DNA of 64,000 nucleotides from Gemmatimonadota bacterium (GTDB lineage: Bacteria; Gemmatimonadota; Gemmatimonadetes; Longimicrobiales; Gaopeijiaceae): the NCBI GenBank assembly GCA_039589315.1, contig JBDHHQ010000013.1, positions 32,001-96,000 on the forward strand. The letters are read 5' to 3'. The position numbers were made by a program, and so were the translations under genes. Shown here piece after piece: positions 47,260-56,700 of the stretch; position 1 is the first letter of the stretch; the number at the start of each line of letters is the position of its first letter. The notes below the pieces were generated by a model. The model worked only from the letters and a program-made list of their open reading frames with translations. It had not been told where the DNA came from and did no database searches.

Positions 47260-47605
47260 CCCGCTCGAAGCTATTGGGAACTGGTGGGTGTCATGCGGCT
47301 CGGCGGCCGCTGCCGCTGGTGCTGCCCCGAGGGCTGCGGCGCCCTTCTGGCGCCCATCCCTCCACCCAGGCCGCTGAAGGCGGCCGAAGTATACAGTACC
47401 GGCGCCGCTTATCGCCAGCCACCCACCGGAAGGGCGAGATTCCTCGAGCTCGCGGCAATGAGGCCGAGACCGATCCAATTGCGGTCGGATCTACCGAGGG
47501 AGTGCGATCCAGGAGCGCAGAGACGGCTCTCGACCGCCTGGGGGGGCGTTGTGCCGGTACTCTCGCTCCCACCCGTCGCTCCGCGGTGGGCGACCCCTCA
47601 CGCGA

Positions 47606-47639
47606 AGAGGCGGAGTGCCCATCGCGGCACTCCGCCTCT
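47606..47639 (-). terminator. Perfect 14-bp hairpin downstream of 47722-48000
   Basis: AGAGGCGGAGTGCC-CATCGC-GGCACTCCGCCTCT; weak U-tract. Confidence 0.55.
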
Positions 47640-47721
47640 CTCGCTTCACTCCCGGGGCCCTGCGGCGCCCGGTCGGCTCGCTCGGTCGGCGCTCGTCCTC
47701 GAACGCGTGACCCCTATGTGA

Positions 47722-48000
47722 TCAAGCCGCGTCTATGGTCGCACCGCTCTCGGCCGTCTCCGGCTCCTCGTGGGGAGCTTTGGTCCCGTGGGGGATCGCG
47801 GGCTGACAAAAGCGGATGCCCACTGCGTGAAGCTCCTGGAGGTCACCGTCGGTGAGGTCCGGAAACCGCTCACCCAGGTATTCGATGGTCTCGGCCATCC
47901 ACTGCTCCTGGTCGTCGGGAGCAGCCTGCAGGACGCCGCAGCGGTTGACATGGCTGAATAGCTCGTCTCGAGCTCGGTCCAGGATTTTCTGTCGCGTCAC
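47722..48000 (-). CDS. Small hypothetical helical protein
   Basis: AGGAGGAG RBS before GTG; ARDELFSHVNRCGVL..W..T..YL.ERFP.L..G.RFC. Confidence 0.8.
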   Translation of the reverse strand: MTRQKILDRARDELFSHVNRCGVLQAAPDDQEQWMAETIEYLGERFPDLTDGDLQELHAVGIRFCQPAIPHGTKAPHEEPETAESGATIDAA

Positions 48001-48143
48001 GCGCTCCTCCTATAATCCGCCAGCTCTCGGACCCCCGGCCCCGGGTCGCTTCGCCAAGCGTTGAACAAGTTTTCGCGATGGAAGATAATGAAAGGACCTA
48101 CCGAGTCAAAATCGCCCTGGCCCTGGACAAGACGAGCCTCCTC

Positions 48144-49760
48144 ATGACGGGAAACGCGCCGCACGCGGTGACCCTGGAAGTCTATCGCCACCAATTCTCG
48201 GCGCTGACCGAGGAGATGGGGGCCGCCCTGCGGAGGGCGTCGTTCTCGCCGAACATCAAGGAGCGCCGGGACTATTCCTGCGCGCTCTTTTCGCCGACGG
48301 GGCTGGCGGTGGCCATGGGCGACCACATGCCCGTTCACCTGGGCGCGATGCCCATGAGCGTGCAGGCGGCGCTCACGGAGCTGGGCGACCTCGGAGCTGG
48401 CGACGTGGCCTGTCTCAACGATCCCTTCCGCGGTGGCACCCACCTGCCGGACATCACCCTCATCGCACCCGTCCACGATGCTCGCCCCGCCGGAGGGAGC
48501 CTGCTCGGCTACGTCGCTTCGCGGGCGCACCACTCGGATGTGGGAGGCATGACGCCGGGTTCCATGCCTCTGGCCCGGGAGATCTTTCAGGAGGGGCTGC
48601 GAATCCCGCCGGTCCGGTTGCTCCAGGGAGGCCACCGCAACGAAGACCTCTGGCGGCTGATTCTGGCCAACGTTCGGACGCCGGAGGAACGGGCCGGCGA
48701 CCTCGACGCGCAGTTGGCGGCGTTGCACACGGGGCGCACGCGACTCCTCGAGATGGTATCTCGGAAGGGATCCGGGGAAGTACTCGCCGCCATGGAGGGT
48801 CTGATCGCCTACGCGGATCGGTTGCTGGGCCGAGGGATCGCCAGGATCCCCGAGGGCGTCTACGAGGGCCGCGACCAGATGGACGACGACGGGTTCGGGA
48901 GTGGCCCGGTTCCGATCCGGGTGCGCCTGACGGTGGCCGGCGAGCACCTCACGGTGGATTTCGGGGGATCCTCACCGCAGGTGCCCGGCGGCGTGAACGC
49001 GGTCGCGGCGATCACGGCCTCGGCCACCCGTTACGTGGTGCGGTGCATCGTTCAGGAGCTCCTGGGTGAGGCACTCCCGGCGGGCGGCGGGTCGATGCGG
49101 AACGTCACGCTCGACCTGCCGGAGTCCACGGTCGTGAACGCCTCCCTGCCGAGCTCGGTAGCGGCAGCCAACGTGGAGACCAGCCAGCGCATCACCGACG
49201 TGTTGATCCGGGCGTTCGCCGCGGCGCTGCCCGAGGTCCTCCCCGCCCTGTCGCAGGGCACCATGAACAACACCACTGTCGGCGGTCGGGACCCTCGAAC
49301 CGGCGAGCTTTTTGCCTACTACGAAACCGTCGGCGGCGGCATGGGGGCGGGGCCGGCGGGCCCTGGCCTGTCGGCGGTGCACACCCACATGTCCAACTCC
49401 CTGAACACGCCGGTGGAGGCCCTCGAGCACGCCTACCCGTTCCGTGTCACCCACTACTCCGTGCGCCGAGGGAGTGGGGGAGAAGGTCGACACCGGGGTG
49501 GAGACGGGTTGCGTCGCGACGTCATGCTGCTCACCGACGGGCAGGTCACCCTCCTGTCCGAGCGGCGCGTGCATCCGCCCGCGGGTGCCCTCGGCGGCGG
49601 CCCCGGTGCCGCGGGCCAGAACGTGTTGATCCGAGAGGGACGGGAGGAGCCGCTGCCGGGGAAGGTCACCTTCCAGGCTCGAGCCGGCGACGTGATCAGC
49701 GTGCGGTCGCCGGGAGGCGGGGGCTGGAAGGCGGGGAGCCCTGGATCCGGATCGGTGTAG
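48144..49760 (+). CDS. Hydantoinase B/5-oxoprolinase subunit B
   Basis: SPNIKERRDYSCA, HMPVHLG, NDPFRGGTHLPD, RAHHSDVGG, YYETVGGG. Confidence 0.93.
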   Translation: MTGNAPHAVTLEVYRHQFSALTEEMGAALRRASFSPNIKERRDYSCALFSPTGLAVAMGDHMPVHLGAMPMSVQAALTELGDLGAGDVACLNDPFRGGTHLPDITLIAPVHDARPAGGSLLGYVASRAHHSDVGGMTPGSMPLAREIFQEGLRIPPVRLLQGGHRNEDLWRLILANVRTPEERAGDLDAQLAALHTGRTRLLEMVSRKGSGEVLAAMEGLIAYADRLLGRGIARIPEGVYEGRDQMDDDGFGSGPVPIRVRLTVAGEHLTVDFGGSSPQVPGGVNAVAAITASATRYVVRCIVQELLGEALPAGGGSMRNVTLDLPESTVVNASLPSSVAAANVETSQRITDVLIRAFAAALPEVLPALSQGTMNNTTVGGRDPRTGELFAYYETVGGGMGAGPAGPGLSAVHTHMSNSLNTPVEALEHAYPFRVTHYSVRRGSGGEGRHRGGDGLRRDVMLLTDGQVTLLSERRVHPPAGALGGGPGAAGQNVLIREGREEPLPGKVTFQARAGDVISVRSPGGGGWKAGSPGSGSV

Positions 49761-49800
49761 CCATCCGCCCACGCACGAACTCGAATCAGGCGACGATCGC

Positions 49801-50220
49801 ATGCAGCTCCTTCTCTCCGTCCTGTGCGACGAGGCCCGTCCCGATGCCATGGGACGACTCGACATCAGCGGCATATTCAACGAGCTCTACGCTCCGGGGT
49901 TCCCGGCAAGACAGGATCAGATGGTCCTGGTGCTGGTCATCGAGTGGGACCGGGCCGATCAGGGTCGATTCCAGTTTCGTGCCGACCTGGTGGACCCGGC
50001 GGGGAAGCCCTGCCTGACCGTGAACGGCCACACCGACGTGGACGCTCGTGCCCCCGACCGTCCGCCACCCCAGACCCGCCTGATCATGCCGCTGGACGAG
50101 GTCGTCTTCCCGGAGCCGGGCCGCTACTCCGTTCGGATCCGCGTCAAGGGCCATGAGCTCCAGGGACCGCCCCTTCACCTTCTGGAGGCCTCGGCCTCCG
50201 GGCTGCCGGCCGACGCGTGA
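49801..50220 (+). CDS. DUF6941-like hypothetical protein
   Basis: LCDEA..GRLDISGIF..FPA..F.EPGRY beta-sandwich pattern. Confidence 0.7.
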   Translation: MQLLLSVLCDEARPDAMGRLDISGIFNELYAPGFPARQDQMVLVLVIEWDRADQGRFQFRADLVDPAGKPCLTVNGHTDVDARAPDRPPPQTRLIMPLDEVVFPEPGRYSVRIRVKGHELQGPPLHLLEASASGLPADA

Positions 50221-50281
50221 GGACTCGCCGCCGGCGCCGCGCGCCAGGTCCCTTGCGACCGTTGAGAAGCTGGGCGATGCG

Positions 50282-51046
50282 ATGAGACCGCCGCCAGGCT
50301 TCGAGGTCGTCACCTTCGGGCCGGCGACCGTGTGGGTACGGCCGGAGGCGCGGGGCTGGACCGAGTCGGTCCTCGGCACCGCACCCACCCTCCACGCCGC
50401 AGGGGTCCGCCTCGGCCGTGGCCAGATGGCCGGCCGGGGCCCGGTCTATGAGGTCCCCACGCCCCTGGGCGTCTGGGTCATCCGCCACTTCATGCGAGGG
50501 GGCTCGGTCGCCTCGCTGCTGGGAGATCGATACGCGACCGCGGGCACGCCCCGCCCGTTCGCCGAGACGCACACCAGCGAGACGGTGCGGCTGCGGGGAA
50601 TCGACACGCCGAGGGTCGTCGCGGCGGCGGTGTACCGGGCCGGTCTCTGGTACCGTGGGGACCTGGTCACCGAGCTCGTTCCCGACGCCGAGGAGCTGGT
50701 GGACGTGCTCTTCGACGAGAGCCGAAGGGGGCTGGCCGGTTCAGTCGACAGGAAGGAGGCGCTCCAGGAGACCGGCGCATTGATTCACCGTATGGGCCAG
50801 GCGGGCGTGCACCACCCGGATCTCAACGCCAAGAACATCCTGCTCAGGTGGAGTGGCGGCGCGCCGGTAGGGCATGTCCTCGACCTGGACCGGGCCGCCG
50901 TAGGCTCCGGACAGGTCAGGGTAGGCGCCATGGTGCGACGGTTGCTCCGCTCCCTCCGCAAGTTCGAGCGCCGCACCGGCATGGCGATTACACCGGCCGA
51001 GAAGTCCCTGTTGGTGGACACTGCCCACGGGGAGCGGCACTCATGA
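50282..51046 (+). CDS. kdkA: Kdo kinase (KdkA/InaA lipopolysaccharide kinase family)
   Basis: VIRHFMRGG, YRGDLVTE, HPDLNAKNILL, LDLDR, RLLRSLRK. Confidence 0.82.
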   Translation: MRPPPGFEVVTFGPATVWVRPEARGWTESVLGTAPTLHAAGVRLGRGQMAGRGPVYEVPTPLGVWVIRHFMRGGSVASLLGDRYATAGTPRPFAETHTSETVRLRGIDTPRVVAAAVYRAGLWYRGDLVTELVPDAEELVDVLFDESRRGLAGSVDRKEALQETGALIHRMGQAGVHHPDLNAKNILLRWSGGAPVGHVLDLDRAAVGSGQVRVGAMVRRLLRSLRKFERRTGMAITPAEKSLLVDTAHGERHS

Positions 51047-52095
51047 GCGACCACGGCCGAACGCCCCCGCGGGAGATCTGCGTCGTCATGCTCAGCGCCA
51101 TCGGCGATGCGGTCCACGTCCTCCCGGTCGCCAACGCCCTCAAGAGAAGGTGGCCGGACAGCCGCATCACCTGGGTCATCCAACCGGTACCGCACCTCCT
51201 GGTCCGCGACCACCCGGCCATCGACGAGTTCGTGCTCTTCCGCCGTCGGAAGGGAGCGACGGCCTGGCAGAGCTACCGCGACCTGAGACGGCACTTCCGG
51301 GACCGCCGCTTCGATGTCCTCCTGGCTCTCCAGGTCTACTTCAAGGCCGGGTTGGTGACGGCCTTGATTCCGTCCGCTACGAAGCTGGGCTTCGACCGCG
51401 CCCGGGCCCGTGACCTCAACTGGCTCTTCACCAACGAGCGCATCCCACCGCACCCGGTGCAACACGTACAGGATCAGTACCTGGAGTTCGTCCGGCACCT
51501 CGGGGTGGATCCGTCGCCGGTGGAGTGGGCCCTCGGCCTCACCGCCGAGGAGCGGGAGGCGCAGCGCGACTTCTTCGCTGCGCTGGACCGACCGGCCTGC
51601 GCCGTCGTGGTCGGGACCAGCAAGGCGGAGAAGAACTGGCACGTGGATGGGTACGCCCGGGTCCTGGAGGAGCTCGAGTTCGGTCACGGGCTCCGCCCCG
51701 TGCTCGTGGGCGGACCTTCACCGGTGGAGCGCCAGCTCGCCGACGACATCCTGGCGGCGACCAACGCCACGCCGGTGGACACCCTCGGCGACGACGTGCG
51801 GCGATTGGTCTACATCCTGGACGGGAGCGTCCTGACCCTCAGTCCCGACACGGGCCCGCTCCACATCTCACGAGCGCTCGGAACGCCAGTGGTGGGCCTC
51901 TACGGGTACACCAACCCCAAACGGACCGGACCCTACCGGGCCTACACGGACCTGGTGGTCGACGGGTACGCCCGATCGCCCGACGAGGACTACCCGCCGT
52001 CCATGGAGTACCGCGACGGGATGAAGCGGGTGACCGTGGAAACCGTGCTGGAGAAGGTCTCGCTGGCCCTGGAGCGCTACGTTCGACCGGCCTGA
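51043..52095 (+). CDS. Glycosyltransferase family 9 (LPS heptosyltransferase, OpsX-like)
   Basis: LSAIGDAVH, SPDTGPLH, TNPKRTGPY; ATGA overlap with kinase gene. Confidence 0.9.
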   Translation: MSDHGRTPPREICVVMLSAIGDAVHVLPVANALKRRWPDSRITWVIQPVPHLLVRDHPAIDEFVLFRRRKGATAWQSYRDLRRHFRDRRFDVLLALQVYFKAGLVTALIPSATKLGFDRARARDLNWLFTNERIPPHPVQHVQDQYLEFVRHLGVDPSPVEWALGLTAEEREAQRDFFAALDRPACAVVVGTSKAEKNWHVDGYARVLEELEFGHGLRPVLVGGPSPVERQLADDILAATNATPVDTLGDDVRRLVYILDGSVLTLSPDTGPLHISRALGTPVVGLYGYTNPKRTGPYRAYTDLVVDGYARSPDEDYPPSMEYRDGMKRVTVETVLEKVSLALERYVRPA

Positions 52096-52156
52096 TCGCC
52101 GTCGGGCACCTACCCGTGGCTGTCAGGGCAGTCGGGACTGCGCTCGGAGTCCGGGT

Positions 52157-52978
52157 TCAGCGCGTACCGGCCCAGCGCGGAGGCCTGATGGGATCGGCTG
52201 CCTGGACGTTCCGCAGGTGCAGCGTGAGGGAGCCGGGGAAGTTGGGCACGTCGGCCTTCATGTAAACGACGTAGCGGTGGTCGTCGTCCGAAAAGTGGAT
52301 CTCGGCCTCCCCACCCTCTGACCACAGGCCGGACGACCGGATGATGGGCTGGACCACGATCGTGTTGAACGTCCCGGCCGGCACTTCTCTGACGTCCTTC
52401 CTGAGCACCCGGAGCACGACCGGGTTGCCGGCCTCCTCGAAGTACCGGTGGAAAGTGTACTCCTTCCCCACTTCCAGGGGCAGGGACCGAGCGAAGTAGA
52501 TGAAGGAGATGTCGTCCAGCGGCAACGACGTGGGCAACGTGCCCTCTTCCTCGACGTCAGCCCGCTCGAAGCGACGCTCCTCCGGGTACAGCTCGAAGTG
52601 CTGGAACTTCTTGTACGAAGCTTCTTGCTGATCTTTGATGAACCGGCGCGATACGAGATTCCGGATGTCGATCCATGACTCGAAGTTGTCGTTCACCCTG
52701 GCCAGGGGAATCCCGCCGCCCAGGTTCATGCGGACGTGGTACGTCGGATTCCCCCGCACGGAGTCGATGGACATCACGTCGAGGCGGCCGGAGCCTACGC
52801 TGAACATCCCGAGCTTGACCTGGTACTCCAGGGCCTCTCCGGGACCGAAGGGAACCGGTGCCGCATTGGGGTAGTCATCCACCAGATGGTGATCCCCCCC
52901 GTTCTGTGCCGACGCCTCCACGGCGGCACCACCCGCCATGAGGGCCGCCAGCGCCCATGCTAACGCCCGGGTTGTCAT
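52157..52978 (-). CDS. DUF3108 family exported protein
   Basis: Signal peptide; PF.PGE.L.Y, LDDISFIYFAR, VPAGTF. Confidence 0.8.
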   Translation of the reverse strand: MTTRALAWALAALMAGGAAVEASAQNGGDHHLVDDYPNAAPVPFGPGEALEYQVKLGMFSVGSGRLDVMSIDSVRGNPTYHVRMNLGGGIPLARVNDNFESWIDIRNLVSRRFIKDQQEASYKKFQHFELYPEERRFERADVEEEGTLPTSLPLDDISFIYFARSLPLEVGKEYTFHRYFEEAGNPVVLRVLRKDVREVPAGTFNTIVVQPIIRSSGLWSEGGEAEIHFSDDDHRYVVYMKADVPNFPGSLTLHLRNVQAADPIRPPRWAGTR

Positions 52979-53724
52979 GCCGTTTCCTCCAGACCCTTCC
53001 ACATACCTCGCCCACCCACGCGGTACAGATCCCTGAAGGTCTGTATCGGTCGGAAACGTGAATCACGGGAGCGCCGGTCGAACCTCAGATCCAGAGACGT
53101 CTCCTCGATGCGTCGCGCGTGCGGCGCGACGACGCTCAGCAACTCCAGGTTGGCTGCCCACCCCGGTGCGGCCAGGAGTGGTCGATCGCCGGCGTGCCGG
53201 AGTGCCTTCTTCAGCACGATCACTCGGTAGGCCCGGAACCCGCACAGGGGGTCCGATACCGGGGCCGCCCGCATCGTCCCACTCATGAGCACCGCCGCTG
53301 CCCACCGGGTGAGACGTAGCGAGCGGGGGTGGTGGCGGGGGTCCGGGGTCACCGCACCCGCCACGATGTCGGCGCCACCCTCCAGGGTCTTCACCAGCGG
53401 GATGATGTGCTCGGGACTCTCGGTGAAGTCCCCCTGAAGCGTCACGACCGAGTCCCGCTTCGGGTACCGAGCCATGGCGACGGCCTCGCGGAGCAACCGC
53501 TCGACAGCCCGGTGGTGGCCCGTACGGACGTCCTCTCGAAACACGCTCAGCGGCAGGGTCTTGGCGTAGCGAGCCAGAGCGTCGGCGGTCCCGTCGGTGG
53601 ACGCGTCGTCCAGCACCAGGATCCGATAGCCCCGCCCGAAGTCCGCCATGACCTTGCGGATCTTCCAGAGGAGCACGCCGATGGTGCGCTCCTCGTTGTG
53701 GGCCGGAATGCAGATGTGAATCAC
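52975..53724 (-). CDS. Glycosyltransferase family 2
   Basis: IPAHNEE, VLDDASTDGT, DPLCGFRAY; DxD position reads QGD. Confidence 0.85.
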   Translation of the reverse strand: MIHICIPAHNEERTIGVLLWKIRKVMADFGRGYRILVLDDASTDGTADALARYAKTLPLSVFREDVRTGHHRAVERLLREAVAMARYPKRDSVVTLQGDFTESPEHIIPLVKTLEGGADIVAGAVTPDPRHHPRSLRLTRWAAAVLMSGTMRAAPVSDPLCGFRAYRVIVLKKALRHAGDRPLLAAPGWAANLELLSVVAPHARRIEETSLDLRFDRRSRDSRFRPIQTFRDLYRVGGRGMWKGLEETA

Positions 53725-53789
53725 CGACGCGCCGCCATCCAGGGTGAACCGTCTATGCCGCCTGCCGCCGGGGGGCGGCGTGGTACTCG

Positions 53790-54779
53790 CTAGCCCGCTT
53801 CATTCCGAGCTCGCTCCCTGCTGCCTTCGACTTGTAGTACATCGCCCCCCGGGGCGGGTTCCTCGCTGGCCGCCGGAAGCAGCGGCCGCGACGGTGGCGT
53901 GGACTTCCAGCGGCGGTGGTGCCAGAAGTACTGCTCCGGGTGCTCCCGGATCCGTGCCTCGAGCTTCTCGGTGTACGCGGCCACGGTCGCCCGCACGTCG
54001 CTATCGCGGTCTCCCGTGGCCACCACCGGGATCCGGTCCAGATGGACCGTGTAGCGCTGCGGGAATCCCCGTTCCCGGACGCTCACCCCGAGAAACAGCG
54101 GCGCTCCGGTCCGGAGCGCGAACAGAGCCGGACCCCTGGCGGTGGAGGCGGCGTGCCCCAGGAAGTCCAGGAAGAGCCCACTCCCGCCGGCATCCTGGTC
54201 GGCCACGAGGGCCACGACCCGTCCGCGCCGCAGGGACCGGAGGACACCCGAGCGGGCCTGGGCCTGCGGGATGACCTGCATGCCCAGGGCGCCGCGCGTC
54301 TTGGTCAGGGCGTCGTCGAAGAGGCGATTCCGCTGTCCCCGCACCACCACGTCCAGCGGGACGCCCCTGGACGCCACGGCCGCGCCCCCGATCTCCCAGT
54401 TCCCCATGTGGCCCGTCACGACGATCACACCCTCCCCGTCGGCGTGGGCCTCGGTGAGATCGCCGAACCCCCGCACCTCGGTACAGTTCGCGATGACCTG
54501 GGCGCCGGAGCGGGACAGGCGAACCGTGGCCACCGCCTCCCTGCCGAAGTGGCGATGGCAACGGCGTGCCACGCCCGTCCGCCACGCGAGCGAGCGGTCG
54601 GGGAAAGCCCTGCGCAGGTTGGCGTCGATGACGTGACGACGGATCCCGATCACGGCGCCGGCGAACCACCCGAGGCCCTCGCCCAAGCGCAGGGCGACGG
54701 CCTCGGGCAGCAGGCTCAGGGCAGAGCCGAAGACCCGATACGCTAGGTATTCCAGGCGGTCCTTCGGGCGGTGTGCCGT
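53790..54779 (-). CDS. lpxL: Lipid A late acyltransferase (LpxL/HtrB family); probable ACG start
   Basis: NLRRAFP, GHMGNWE, ADQ, PEQYFWHHRRWK; frame extends 31 codons above TTG 54686 to ACG 54779, 5 nt after GGGAGG. Confidence 0.88.
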   Translation of the reverse strand, partial: TAHRPKDRLEYLAYRVFGSALSLLPEAVALRLGEGLGWFAGAVIGIRRHVIDANLRRAFPDRSLAWRTGVARRCHRHFGREAVATVRLSRSGAQVIANCTEVRGFGDLTEAHADGEGVIVVTGHMGNWEIGGAAVASRGVPLDVVVRGQRNRLFDDALTKTRGALGMQVIPQAQARSGVLRSLRRGRVVALVADQDAGGSGLFLDFLGHAASTARGPALFALRTGAPLFLGVSVRERGFPQRYTVHLDRIPVVATGDRDSDVRATVAAYTEKLEARIREHPEQYFWHHRRWKSTPPSRPLLPAASEEPAPGGDVLQVEGSRERARNEAG

Positions 54780-54781
54780 GG

Positions 54782-56698
54782 CTACCTCCCTGACGTACCG
54801 GTGCCTTCCGCAGCGCCCTCGCGCACCAGGCGATCTTCCGCGGAGACCTGGGGTGCGGCCGCCTCCGCTGAACGCTCGGCCTCGTCCCGGAACTGCAGCT
54901 CGTACAGGCGCCGATAGACGCCGGCCGCGCGCAGGAGCTCGAAGTGGCTGCCCCGCTCGACGATCCGCCCGTCCTCCATCACCAGGATCTGGTCTGCCCG
55001 CTGCACCGTGGACAGTCGGTGCGCGATGACGAACACGGTGCGTCCCTGGAGCAGACGCTCGATTGCGTCCTGGACGAGGCGCTCGGACTCCGTGTCCAGC
55101 GAGCTGGTGGCCTCGTCGAAGATCAGGATCGGCGGATCTCTCAGGATGGCCCGGGCAATCGCGAGCCTCTGACGCTGTCCACCGGAGAGCTCCGTGCCCC
55201 GCTCCCCCACCAGTGTGTCGTACCCGTGGGGCATTGCCTCGACGAACTCGTGAGCATGAGCCGCCTTGGCCGCCGCCACGACATCGGCCAACTCCGCCCC
55301 AGGCGTGCCGTAGGCGATGTTGGCGCGAACCGTGTCGTGGAACAGAACGGTCTCCTGCGAGACCACGCCCATGGCGGCACGCAGGCTCCGGACCGAATAG
55401 TCCCGAATGTCGTGTCCGTTGGCCGCGATGCGTCCCTCCGTGACGTCGTAGAACCGGGCCAGGAGGTCGACGACGGTGGTCTTGCCGGCGCCGCTCGGCC
55501 CCACCAAGGCCACCACGGACCCATGAGGGACCCGGAAGGACACGTCCCGGATGACCGGCTGTCCCTCGCGGTACTGGAACCGAACGTTCTCGAAGGTGAT
55601 CTCGGTCTCCAGGCCGGGAAACGCGACGGCGCCGGGGCGGTCGCGGATCTCGATGGGCGCGTCGAGGAACTCGAAGACGCGTTCGCCGCCGGCCAGGCCC
55701 GGCTGAACCGTGGTGGGGAACTTGCTCACGAACTTGACCGGCGAATACAGCTTGAGGCTGAGCCCGAGGAACACGATGAAGGCCTCTCCCGTGAGCTCGT
55801 GGTGCACGAGGACCAGCCGGGTCCCGTACCAGAGCAGGATGACGGTGCCCAACGCGGTCAGCATCTCGGTGAGGGGCGAGGCCAGCGCCCGAAGCCGCTC
55901 GGTAGCGACGAAGGTGCGGAAGTAGTCACCGGTCAGGCCGTTGAACCGAGAGCGTTCCTGCTCTTCGGCTGCCGACGCCTTGACCAGACGGATCCCCGTG
56001 AGGGTCTCCTGCAGGTGGGTGTTGATATCCCCAGCTAGATCGAGGACCCGGCGGTCGCCCCGGCGCAGCCGCTTGAGCAGGGGACCCCACATGGCCATGG
56101 TGGCGGGCACCACCACGAACGCCGCCAAGGTGAGCTTGGCGGAGATCATGATCATGAGGATGAACGCCCCGAGGAACTCGAAGAGGGCGGAGAGCAGCTT
56201 GGTCGCCTCACGAGTGACGAGCTGTCTCAGCTGTTCCACGTCGTGGGTGAGCCGCGAGATGATCTGCCCCGTGCGCGTCCGCCCGAAGAACCCCAGATCC
56301 AGCTCCAGGAGGTGATCGTAGACTTCGTTCCGCAGGTCCCGGGTGACCCCCTGCTCGACGCGGGCGGCCAGGTAGCTCCGGAGGAACAGGAAGACGTTCT
56401 TGAGCGCGAACACGGCGAGGATGAAGAAGATGATCCCCCGGATCGCCTCTTCCGGGCTCCCGTCCAGATCCACCACGCGTCCCACGGTCTGATCCAGAAT
56501 GCGGTCGAGCATCCCGGTGGAGGGCGCGGCCGCACCAACGGCCTCGCCCTGCCGCTGAAACAGGGTCTGGAGGAACGGGATGAGCAGGGCGATGGAGAAG
56601 GCGTCCAGCGCCGCGAACGCGATCATGGCGCCCATGGTGGCCATGAGGACGCCCTTGTGCCCCTTCAGGTAGCCGAGGATCCTGAGGTAGAGGGACAC
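54782..56698 (-). CDS. msbA: Lipid A flippase-type ABC transporter
   Basis: 6-TM domain plus GPSGAGKTT, LSGGQRQR, DEATSSLD, AHRLST; next to lpxL. Confidence 0.85.
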   Translation of the reverse strand: MSLYLRILGYLKGHKGVLMATMGAMIAFAALDAFSIALLIPFLQTLFQRQGEAVGAAAPSTGMLDRILDQTVGRVVDLDGSPEEAIRGIIFFILAVFALKNVFLFLRSYLAARVEQGVTRDLRNEVYDHLLELDLGFFGRTRTGQIISRLTHDVEQLRQLVTREATKLLSALFEFLGAFILMIMISAKLTLAAFVVVPATMAMWGPLLKRLRRGDRRVLDLAGDINTHLQETLTGIRLVKASAAEEQERSRFNGLTGDYFRTFVATERLRALASPLTEMLTALGTVILLWYGTRLVLVHHELTGEAFIVFLGLSLKLYSPVKFVSKFPTTVQPGLAGGERVFEFLDAPIEIRDRPGAVAFPGLETEITFENVRFQYREGQPVIRDVSFRVPHGSVVALVGPSGAGKTTVVDLLARFYDVTEGRIAANGHDIRDYSVRSLRAAMGVVSQETVLFHDTVRANIAYGTPGAELADVVAAAKAAHAHEFVEAMPHGYDTLVGERGTELSGGQRQRLAIARAILRDPPILIFDEATSSLDTESERLVQDAIERLLQGRTVFVIAHRLSTVQRADQILVMEDGRIVERGSHFELLRAAGVYRRLYELQFRDEAERSAEAAAPQVSAEDRLVREGAAEGTGTSGR

Positions 56699-56700
56699 GT

